IMG/VR virus record: IMGVR_UViG_3300044614_001341
Span: 32,001 to 96,000 of that record
Strand: one strand, 5' to 3'
DNA from: a virus
Length of the DNA stretch: 64,000 nucleotides
Part shown: positions 1-6,734 of the stretch, piece after piece
How positions within the stretch are numbered: position 1 is the first letter of the stretch
How the letters are laid out: the number at the start of each line of letters is the position of its first letter
The notes under the pieces: model-generated
Seen by the model: only the letters and a program-made list of their open reading frames with translations
What the model was told of the DNA's origin: nothing
Database searches by the model: none
Position numbers and translations under genes: made by a program

Positions 1-65
1 AGTTCAATAATCCCCCTTTCAACGAATCTAAATCCTTCTCGTTCAAGAATAACTTTGGTACTCAT
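1..65 (-). CDS. hypothetical protein, 5' part only (MSTKVILEREGFRFVERGIIE..., runs off window)
   Basis: ATG at 63-65 overlaps stop of upstream ORF; frame open to window edge. Confidence 0.6.
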   Translation of the reverse strand, partial: MSTKVILEREGFRFVERGIIE

Positions 66-277
66 GCAACCTCAATGGACTCAAGATCGGCAAGAACGTA
101 TTCCATTAGCATTTCGTAGTCATCCAGAGGGTCTCCAGAAAATACTACACCTTCGTTCTCATAAAAACGACGGACTTTTTTATAAAGTTTCGGACTCTTT
201 ACATCAAGGTAGATTTCTCCGTTAGCAGCAAGACGAAGAGTGCTAACATCTTTCTTGAATTTTTGGATCAGAGACAT
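62..277 (-). CDS. hypothetical cyanophage protein
   Basis: 71 aa ORF downstream of sigma70-like promoter at 301-329. Confidence 0.75.
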   Translation of the reverse strand: MSLIQKFKKDVSTLRLAANGEIYLDVKSPKLYKKVRRFYENEGVVFSGDPLDDYEMLMEYVLADLESIEVA

Positions 278-300
278 TGTTTTGTTTTGTTTGCTCTAGT

Positions 301-351
301 ATTATAAGGGTTTGAGACTTGTGTGTCAAGTGTGCCAGTTAAGGAACTGGC
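301..351 (-). promoter_or_regulatory. sigma70-like promoter with upstream palindromic operator-like motif
   Basis: TTGACA (324-329), 17-nt spacer, TATAAT (301-306); palindrome GCCAGTT-N4-AACTGGC at 334-351. Confidence 0.75.
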
Positions 352-353
352 GA

Positions 354-427
354 TCGGGGTAATAGGATTCGAACCTACGACCTCCCGCTCCCAAAGCGGA
401 TGCGCTACCAAACTGCGCTACACCCCG
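354..427 (-). tRNA. tRNA-Pro(TGG)
   Basis: CGGGGTG acceptor, anticodon loop TTTGGGA, GTTCGAATC T-arm. Confidence 0.95.
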
Positions 428-435
428 TTACACCG

Positions 436-552
436 TTATTTAGTTCGGTGTATAAACATTATACCCATTATTGGAACGGTTGTCAACCCCATACCACATA
501 TAAACAACCAAACTGGACTATGTGCCAGATATTCTACAATATGAAAGATCAT
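436..552 (-). CDS. small membrane peptide (38 aa, MIFHIVEYLAHSPVWLFICGMGLTTVPIMGIMFIHRTK)
   Basis: manually translated; hydrophobic; tightly packed with neighbours. Confidence 0.55.
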   Translation of the reverse strand: MIFHIVEYLAHSPVWLFICGMGLTTVPIMGIMFIHRTK

Positions 553-661
553 TTTACATATGCGTGATCAAGTGACCAAATAATCAATAAACCTATTATA
601 CCAAAAATAGTCATTGCTGAAAATATTGTGCTACTCATATTTTCTTTTTCCATATAAAAGA

Positions 662-865
662 TTAGTTAAGAGTAATTTTAAGAAATGGGAGTAATGGTGG
701 AATAACACCGATTAACCTTAAAAGTCCCTCAGCAAATAGAGCAAGAACCACCCAACCGACGCACATACTAATGATAGAAGCATTGCGGTTGTGTCGTCGT
801 ATTGCTGCATCGATCATCTCCTGAACTTCTGAGCGCGTAATAAATTCTTCATGCTCATACATCAT
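662..865 (-). CDS. small membrane protein
   Basis: 67 aa ORF, hydrophobic C-terminal half. Confidence 0.7.
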   Translation of the reverse strand: MMYEHEEFITRSEVQEMIDAAIRRHNRNASIISMCVGWVVLALFAEGLLRLIGVIPPLLPFLKITLN

Positions 866-1011
866 TTTTCATCACCAAGAAACTTTGCAAGAGGATCTCT
901 CTTGGTTTTAACAATCTCAACTGCTCTTTTATAGAACATATTATCAGTGTTCCCAGAAGATTCGAATGTCTCCTTGATCTTCACCCAGTTATCATAGGTG
1001 TGCTGATCCAT
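862..1011 (-). CDS. hypothetical protein (49 aa, MDQHTYDNWVKIKETFESSGNTDNMFYKRA...)
   Basis: manually translated; ATGA overlap with downstream ORF. Confidence 0.65.
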   Translation of the reverse strand: MDQHTYDNWVKIKETFESSGNTDNMFYKRAVEIVKTKRDPLAKFLGDEK

Positions 1012-1125
1012 AGGGTTTAGGTTGAATACTACTAGTTATTCTAGTAAGTATTTCTACTATGTCAAGTTTGTGTTGATACGAAAATATAGATTAAAAAAAT
1101 CTAAAATTTTGTAATATTTGTAACA

Positions 1126-1211
1126 AGGAAGATCAGGGATTCGAACCCTGGAACGCTACTAACGTTAATAGTTTTCAAGACTATCGCCATCAACCACTCG
1201 GCCAATCTTCC
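1126..1211 (-). tRNA. tRNA-Ser(TGA)
   Basis: GGAAGAT acceptor, loop CTTGAAA, long variable arm, GTTCGAATC. Confidence 0.95.
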
Positions 1212-1222
1212 AAAATAAGTCC

Positions 1223-1480
1223 TCAGCGGACTTCAAAATCTAAACGTCTCACTTTACGCTGACGCCGTGCTTCTTGAAAAGCAAGGTCTTCGTTTGTAAG
1301 AACACCAGATTTTGATTTGGTATGTATAGAGTTTAGCATAACAACAGAGGATAAGTCAACTGCTGAAATTTTATCCCCACGAATAGTTGCCATATTTGAG
1401 CAACCACAAGATACTGTTTTCGTTTGATGCCCTTCCAACTCTCTATTACAAGAGCGGCATCTGATTCTTAAATTTTCCAT
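1223..1480 (-). CDS. small zinc-ribbon-like hypothetical protein
   Basis: CxxC and CxC motifs in 85 aa ORF. Confidence 0.7.
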   Translation of the reverse strand: MENLRIRCRSCNRELEGHQTKTVSCGCSNMATIRGDKISAVDLSSVVMLNSIHTKSKSGVLTNEDLAFQEARRQRKVRRLDFEVR

Positions 1481-1496
1481 CTCTACAATAAGTTAA

Positions 1497-1934
1497 TTAT
1501 TTTTCAGTAAATGATCGAAGCATCCAAACGAATTTGCCGTGTGCTTCATTTAAATCATCAAGAAGATTAACTGTTCCTCTTGACTTTTGTTCGTCTGCTT
1601 CCATAGCAGCATCAGAAAGCATGGTAATTATTTTTTGATGTCCATCCATCAAATCACGAATCATTTCCATTTCGGAAATATTAGATTTTGCTTCACCAAT
1701 ACCAGAAACTTCTACAACTCTAGACAAAGAACTAACTGGTTTGATTTCAAGAAATCTCATATGCTCGGCAATACGATCAACTTCTTCTTGAAGAGCAACA
1801 TACTGTTCACCAAATAAGTCATGAATCTGCTTAAAATCAGGTCCAACAACGTGCCAATGATAAACCCAAGTCTTCTGAAAGAGGACAAACAAACTTGCCT
1901 GAGTATCAGAAAGTAACTTATATAATTTTTCCAT
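1497..1934 (-). CDS. dps: Dps/ferritin-like DNA-protection protein
   Basis: HWHVVGPDFKQIHDLFGEQY and DRIAEH ferroxidase signatures, terminal WML; late promoter TATAAATA at 1957-1964 favours start at 1934. Confidence 0.9.
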   Translation of the reverse strand: MEKLYKLLSDTQASLFVLFQKTWVYHWHVVGPDFKQIHDLFGEQYVALQEEVDRIAEHMRFLEIKPVSSLSRVVEVSGIGEAKSNISEMEMIRDLMDGHQKIITMLSDAAMEADEQKSRGTVNLLDDLNEAHGKFVWMLRSFTEK

Positions 1935-1967
1935 TACACCAATACTTTTTTTCAAGTATTTATAAAG

Positions 1968-2039
1968 TGGGCGATACTGGATTCGAACCAGTGACCTAAT
2001 CCTTGTAAGGGATCCGCGCTACCGCTGTGCCAATCGCCC
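1968..2039 (-). tRNA. tRNA-Val(TAC)
   Basis: GGGCGAT acceptor, loop CTTACAA, GTTCGAATC. Confidence 0.95.
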
Positions 2040-2045
2040 AATAAA

Positions 2046-2219
2046 TCAATCAGGATAACTAGATTCTAGCATAAATTCTACTGTATTTGCAATATCATTC
2101 ATAGCATCACGAAGAAATGGTTGTTGACCAGATTCTTGCCTACGAACAGGGCGAGAGGAATCACATAAGGTCCATCGCCATTGTTGCATAGATTCACAGT
2201 ACCAGAGTGTTATTTTCAT
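2046..2219 (-). CDS. hypothetical protein (57 aa, MKITLWYCESMQQWRWTL...)
   Basis: manually translated ORF filling the gap between terminator and tRNA. Confidence 0.65.
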   Translation of the reverse strand: MKITLWYCESMQQWRWTLCDSSRPVRRQESGQQPFLRDAMNDIANTVEFMLESSYPD

Positions 2220-2253
2220 TTTTTAAATGCTCTAGTTTAATCAGATTTGGGAA

Positions 2254-2270
2254 GGGGGGTTTCACCCCCC
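2254..2270 (-). terminator. stem-loop downstream of porin gene
   Basis: GGGGGG-TGAAA-CCCCCC hairpin, weak U tract. Confidence 0.5.
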
Positions 2271-2294
2271 AGTTTACACTATGTAGTTAGAATA

Positions 2295-3779
2295 TCAGAA
2301 CCTAAACTGGGTCTGAATCACACCACCATAGTTAGAAGAAGCATTCTTGAATCCTTGATTATTGGAAACATAGAAGATTGCAGGAGTGATGCTAATATTA
2401 TCACTCACACGATAGCGATAGAAGGTTTCCCACATCAGAGCATCCTTAGTGAGGGAAGCAGCATTGCCAGGAGCACCGATGGCAAAACCAGCAGCATTAC
2501 CCTTAGCAAACACATCTGCCCACTGGACACCAGCAAACCAAGTCTCAGACTTAGTAGCAGCACGGGGAGTAGCAGGACCTTCTACAGTGTTCCACCCATA
2601 AGCACCACTCACAGAAGGAATGATGCCAGACTTCTTAGGTTGCCAGTAAGCATTCACGGCATAACCATTAGAGGTTTGATTAGCGGCAAGAGTACCAGCA
2701 TTACCAGAAACACCATTGAAGGTGCGAACACGAGTGCCTTCAGTACCATAACGATAACCAAATGCGATGCCATACTGAGGAGCACGATAACCAAACTGTG
2801 CCAGAGTATTCAAAGCACCAGATTCATCAAATTCCCCTTTGCTAGAATCGGAACCGTTCTGGGCAACATAGTTCACACCAGCAACGAATCCACCCTTACC
2901 TTTCTTAGTAGGTTGTGCCCACTGAGCACCGAAACCAGAACCAGTTGCTTTGTTGTAAACACCAGGAGCGCCTGCAACAGCAAAGAAGTCCAGAATGTCA
3001 GACTTATAAGCAGTAGGAATCCAAGACATCTCAGTGTTACGAACCAGAGCACCAGCAGTCAAATTGAGACCTTTGGTGAGAGCAGGAAACTGATAGTACA
3101 GACGATCAAGTTGTACTTGGTTAGAAGTGCTTTCTGCCTTATCCAGTTTGAACAGAGACGAAGAAGAACCAAAGGGTTGACTGGAGAAATTACCAGAACG
3201 CAGACGAGTCTTCAGCAAATCCTTGCCAGTGAAAGAAGTATCGAAGTTCAGACGAACATCATAGTTGAATGCTGTGTTGCCAACGTTAGTGTTGTTAGCA
3301 AGACGAGCACCTTCTACACCACCAAGAACGAAGGTTGCTTCACCACGCAGTTTAGATGTAGTGGAGAACTGAGTTGCTTGAAGTTGACCAACTTGTGCTT
3401 CCAGTTTATCAACACGACCACGAATAACTAGAAGTTCTTCAGCAAATTCTTTCGAAAGACGCTGAAGTTCATCAGTTACTTCAGTTACACGATCCAGACA
3501 GGCATTCAGGAGTGCTGCTGCCTCATAACGGGTCATTGCCTTACCACCACCATAAGTGCCGTTAGGATATCCTGCTACGCAACCATAACGCTCCACAAGG
3601 TTGCTAAGTGCCTGATATGCCCAATCAGAAGGTTGAACATCAGAGAATTGAGTGACGCTTGTTGCCTGCTCAGAAGAGTATTGATTGACTGCTGCAATAT
3701 TAAGGTCTGCGGCATTCGCAACAGCAGGAGCAATCATACCAAGAGCAACAGGTGCAAGCATCAGTTGTTTGATTTTCAT
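2295..3779 (-). CDS. cyanobacterial outer-membrane porin (Som-type, SLH + OprB barrel)
   Basis: signal peptide, SLH motif FSDVQPSDWAYQAL...MTRYEAAALL, FSTTSKLRGE, LDRLYYQFP, C-terminal Phe. Confidence 0.92.
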   Translation of the reverse strand: MKIKQLMLAPVALGMIAPAVANAADLNIAAVNQYSSEQATSVTQFSDVQPSDWAYQALSNLVERYGCVAGYPNGTYGGGKAMTRYEAAALLNACLDRVTEVTDELQRLSKEFAEELLVIRGRVDKLEAQVGQLQATQFSTTSKLRGEATFVLGGVEGARLANNTNVGNTAFNYDVRLNFDTSFTGKDLLKTRLRSGNFSSQPFGSSSSLFKLDKAESTSNQVQLDRLYYQFPALTKGLNLTAGALVRNTEMSWIPTAYKSDILDFFAVAGAPGVYNKATGSGFGAQWAQPTKKGKGGFVAGVNYVAQNGSDSSKGEFDESGALNTLAQFGYRAPQYGIAFGYRYGTEGTRVRTFNGVSGNAGTLAANQTSNGYAVNAYWQPKKSGIIPSVSGAYGWNTVEGPATPRAATKSETWFAGVQWADVFAKGNAAGFAIGAPGNAASLTKDALMWETFYRYRVSDNISITPAIFYVSNNQGFKNASSNYGGVIQTQFRF

Positions 3780-3839
3780 AAAAATGTTTTTTGTGTACTA
3801 AACGACAATGTAAAGATTTACAACAAAGTAAATCTTCGT

Positions 3840-3921
3840 TATTTAGGGGGTCTTAAGCAAACCTTAAGATGAGAGTATCTTACAGCACTTTTGGTCTTAT
3901 GTCAATTAAGATTTGGTTAAG
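3840..3921 (-). promoter_or_regulatory. porin promoter region: sigma70 promoter, Pho-box-like repeats, late promoter
   Basis: TTGACA(3900-3905)-17-TAAGAT(3877-3882); CTTAACCA-AAT-CTTAATTG repeat abutting the -35; CTAAATA at 3840-3846. Confidence 0.6.
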
Positions 3922-3922
3922 A

Positions 3923-3993
3923 AGCGAATGACGGGGATCGAACCCGTGACACCAACTTGGAAGGATGGGATGTTACCGCTACACCACATTCGC
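3923..3993 (-). tRNA. tRNA-Gly(TCC)
   Basis: GCGAATG acceptor, loop CTTCCAA, GTTCGATCC. Confidence 0.93.
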
Positions 3994-4039
3994 AATGTGG
4001 GAGATTTGACTCTCCCAGCACTTCACTTCACACGGAAGT
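3994..4039 (-). ncRNA. candidate small RNA / structured tRNA-Gly leader
   Basis: own promoter (4044-4072); single-stranded 5' ACUUCCGUGUGAAG then hairpin UGGGAGA-GUCAAA-UCUCCCA. Confidence 0.4.
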
Positions 4040-4043
4040 ATAA

Positions 4044-4072
4044 AGTATAAGACATAATGAGTATTATGTCAA
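4044..4072 (-). promoter_or_regulatory. sigma70-like promoter with internal palindrome
   Basis: TTGACA-17-TATACT; GACATAAT-N4-ATTATGTC inverted repeat spans the spacer. Confidence 0.7.
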
Positions 4073-4143
4073 GCCCCCGATCTGATTCGAACAGACGACC
4101 AACGGTTTACAAAACCGTTGCTCTACCACTGAGCTACAAGGGC
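4072..4143 (-). tRNA. tRNA-Thr(TGT)
   Basis: GCCCTTG acceptor, TAGCTCAGTGGTAGAGC D-arm, loop TTTGTAA. Confidence 0.95.
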
Positions 4144-4222
4144 AACGCGGGGGTGATCAATTCCCCGACCTAACAAAGTTAGGATTTAGAAAGGAAGACC
4201 CAGACATTTCCAGACCTTCCAA

Positions 4223-4295
4223 CTCCCCCAGTTTGACTCGAACAAACAACCTCAGAGTTAACAGCTCCGCGCACTGCCAATTGTGCTATAGGGGA
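4223..4295 (-). tRNA. tRNA-Asn(GTT)
   Basis: TCCCCTA acceptor, loop CTGTTAA, GTTCGAGTC. Confidence 0.93.
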
Positions 4296-4445
4296 TTGGT
4301 GGTAGGAGGGATTTCTATGTGCAGACAGAATCACCTTTCACATCATCCAGACTAAACCAGCGAGAGGTGTTGCACTTCCTACATTTGATGGATTAAGTGT
4401 GATACACCTCATAAGGATGTAACAGGGACTTAACCTCTATCACTT
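4296..4445 (-). ncRNA. candidate structured non-coding RNA(s)
   Basis: nested complementary segments GTAGGA/TCCTAC, GTGCA/TGCAC, CACCT/AGGTG; second domain TTAAGT/ACTTAA enclosing TACATC/GGTGTA; no ORF in the track. Confidence 0.4.
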
Positions 4446-4452
4446 TTATATA

Positions 4453-5016
4453 TTACACTAATTCTGAAATAATGTCAAGTCTAAGTTCTGCGTGTATTTC
4501 TCTATGACAATTAGCACATACACATACACACTTATCAAGTTCTTTTTTCTGGTCTTCCCATTTTCTTAATTTTAAATTTCCAAAATTTTTATCTTTTTGA
4601 TCTGGGTCAATATGATGAAATTCTAAGGCATCAATACATTTATTATATCCACATTTTTCACATTTTCCACCCTTATACTCTACTGCTTTTTTCTTACTAT
4701 TTTTCCACCTATCAGCATTATAATTGTTATGGCATTTTTTACAATTTGCTTGCCATACCTTTTTACTTTCACGCCAATATCCAGTTTCTTCATTTAAAAA
4801 AATTCCACATTTGGAGCAATTTTGTATTGGTTTACCATCAACTCTAAGAATATGATTTTCACCAATATAACCGTCACTAAATGATTTATTTGCCGTTTTC
4901 AATTTATACTTATTCAACCAATATCTAATACTTGTAGCACTTTTATTTGTTTTTTTACCAATATCCCTTATAGACATTTTTTGTTCCACAAAGGATTTAA
5001 GAATAGAATATTCCAT
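4453..5016 (-). CDS. HNH endonuclease with N-terminal HTH and Zn fingers (tRNA-cluster associated)
   Basis: GGKCEKCGY...ALEFHHIDP...CANCHREIH HNH signature. Confidence 0.88.
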   Translation of the reverse strand: MEYSILKSFVEQKMSIRDIGKKTNKSATSIRYWLNKYKLKTANKSFSDGYIGENHILRVDGKPIQNCSKCGIFLNEETGYWRESKKVWQANCKKCHNNYNADRWKNSKKKAVEYKGGKCEKCGYNKCIDALEFHHIDPDQKDKNFGNLKLRKWEDQKKELDKCVCVCANCHREIHAELRLDIISELV

Positions 5017-5063
5017 TAGTTCAGTAGATATATATTGTTATTTATACAACTGAACTATTATAG

Positions 5064-5136
5064 CAGGCGTATCAGGATTCGAACCTGAGATAAGGCTTTA
5101 GAAGAGCCGTGTGATAATCCACTTCACCATACGCCC
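5064..5136 (-). tRNA. tRNA-Arg(TCT)
   Basis: GGGCGTA acceptor, loop CTTCTAA, GTTCGAATC. Confidence 0.93.
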
Positions 5137-5140
5137 ATAA

Positions 5141-5204
5141 GTAGGTTCCTATCGCCGCCACTCCTGAACCTACCGAAGGGGAGTGCCGCAGTTGATCTCT
5201 CAAC
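5141..5204 (-). ncRNA. candidate pseudoknotted RNA in tRNA-Arg leader
   Basis: CACTCC/GGAGTG stem whose loop GTAGGTTC pairs with downstream GAACCTAC; promoter TTGACG-17-TATAAT at 5211-5239. Confidence 0.45.
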
Positions 5205-5241
5205 TCTCATATTATAGCAGTCCTTGAGAGAGTCGTCAAGG

Positions 5242-5323
5242 TGGGCAGGGAGGGATTTGAACCCCCGTAGGCAGAGCCAGCGGATTTACAGTCCGCCTCC
5301 ATTAACCACTCGGACACCTGTCC
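5242..5323 (-). tRNA. tRNA-Tyr(GTA)
   Basis: loop CTGTAAA, variable arm, GTTCAAATC; one A-C mismatch in acceptor stem. Confidence 0.92.
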
Positions 5324-5385
5324 AAGATTTAAAGTATAGAATGGGGGAGGAGTATTGTCAACTCCTCCCAACCTATTCTATTGTA

Positions 5386-6048
5386 TCAAACTTCTACCGT
5401 GATCAGTCGGTTAGCATACTCATGAGCATACGAAGTGCGGGCACCATGAATGCCCCAACCAATCCAACTATACGCATAGTCCATGTAACGATTGATAGAC
5501 TTACCAGGAGTTTTCATCCTATCTGCAATTCGTTTCCATTGAACCTCAGTCGTTAGATAACCAAGTTGCGTTTGAAGAGATGATGGATTTCCACCAAACC
5601 TTCTAGCAAAATCACCCAATCCATAATAACGATCGGCAGATGTCCATTGGATCAGACCATAACCACGTCCGCAGTGATGGTACTGAGTCCTACTACCACC
5701 TTCACAAATATTAGGCACGAACATAGATTCCTGCTTAATATTGCCCAGGATAGTAGCAAGGGCGTTTCTGTCTTTAATTCCTTGCTCTTGGAAATAATCC
5801 AGAGCAAGTTGTTCATGTTCATTACACCCTTTACAAATTAACCTTTTCTCTTTTGGCTTTTCGGGAGCAACCTCTCGGATTGCTGTCTTCTTTTCATCTA
5901 CAAGATCAAACTCCCTAATAACAGAAAATGGTTTCGAATCCACTGGAGGTGGTGGACCCTGCATCTTGTAGTTGACGAATGGCAGTGTTGCCGTACTGGT
6001 TGTAACCGATGCCAAAAGGGGCAGGGTTACAGTAAAGAATTGTTGCAT
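5386..6048 (-). CDS. phage tail-lysozyme-like (Phage_lysozyme2-type) muralytic protein with N-terminal hydrophobic leader
   Basis: ATILGNIKQES...GYGLIQWT...R motif; start reassigned to ATG 6046-6048. Confidence 0.75.
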   Translation of the reverse strand: MQQFFTVTLPLLASVTTSTATLPFVNYKMQGPPPPVDSKPFSVIREFDLVDEKKTAIREVAPEKPKEKRLICKGCNEHEQLALDYFQEQGIKDRNALATILGNIKQESMFVPNICEGGSRTQYHHCGRGYGLIQWTSADRYYGLGDFARRFGGNPSSLQTQLGYLTTEVQWKRIADRMKTPGKSINRYMDYAYSWIGWGIHGARTSYAHEYANRLITVEV

Positions 6049-6241
6049 TAATTTTAATTGAACTCTACATCCGTATAGAAGGGGGGTACACCACCTCTCT
6101 CGAAGGGCACCTTCCACGGCTCTAATGTCACTTCAATGACTCATAATAAGAAACCCGCCATTTTGTAGCGGGCTTGTACATAATAAGTTAATATTTATGA
6201 TCTGTCAAGTGGACCAAGTGGACCAATTGAAAAACTGTCTC

Positions 6242-6249
6242 CATAAATA
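6242..6249 (+). promoter_or_regulatory. T4-type late promoter (CATAAATA) for plus-strand operon
   Basis: ATAAATA about 25 nt upstream of ATG 6273. Confidence 0.65.
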
Positions 6250-6272
6250 CTTACACACCATATTTCAGAACG

Positions 6273-6734
6273 ATGAAAAGATTAGCACTTATCTTTTCGT
6301 TATTCTTCACTACTCCTGCTTTTGCTGGCGAAATCACATCAAAAATCACTGACTCAATTCAATTAGGCGTTCAGGGTGCAGCGGTACAATCAGAAAGAGT
6401 AGGAGCATCCTACGCTGTCTCGGGCACAAACATTAATGTAACAACTCTTGGAGGAGTTGGTGGAGCAGGTTCTTATGACATCAACACAAACGGGCAAGCA
6501 TTTAGTTTCTCTGAGACATCAATTACTGCAGATGTTGATGTTACCTCTCAGTCGGCAGCTTCTGGAACAATTGCTTCTCCCAACCTTTACGGCAACTCTA
6601 CTACTCAGTTAGGTGGTGATAAAGGTTCTCTCGCAGGTACTTTGAGTGGAACTACCGTTCCTAGCGTAACTGCTGGTGGGTCGGGAACCACGGCAACAGC
6701 ACAACGTAGCGTAGAACTGAGCGTATTCAAGTGA
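6273..6734 (+). CDS. exported Ser/Thr/Gly-rich beta protein, unknown function
   Basis: Sec signal peptide ending AFA; paralogous to next ORF. Confidence 0.8.
   Translation: MKRLALIFSLFFTTPAFAGEITSKITDSIQLGVQGAAVQSERVGASYAVSGTNINVTTLGGVGGAGSYDINTNGQAFSFSETSITADVDVTSQSAASGTIASPNLYGNSTTQLGGDKGSLAGTLSGTTVPSVTAGGSGTTATAQRSVELSVFK

Noticed and set aside
323-544. plus-strand ORF containing GFEPTT
   Set aside because: Translation of the antisense strand of tRNA-Pro
1107-1125. HLR1 (RpaB) direct repeat TTACA..TTACA
   Set aside because: Repeat period is 9 nt rather than the expected 10
2247-3431. 394 aa plus-strand ORF
   Set aside because: Antisense shadow of the porin gene; no recognisable motifs or RBS
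4296-4385. possible extra tRNA (ends in ACCA, acceptor-like stem)
   Set aside because: No T-loop, D-arm or 7-nt anticodon loop; kept only as an ncRNA candidate
5141-5195. HDV-like/theta ribozyme
   Set aside because: No P3/L3 or P4 elements, and it lies 5' rather than 3' of the tRNA
5224-5556. plus-strand 110 aa ORF
   Set aside because: Antisense to tRNA-Tyr and to the lysozyme-like gene
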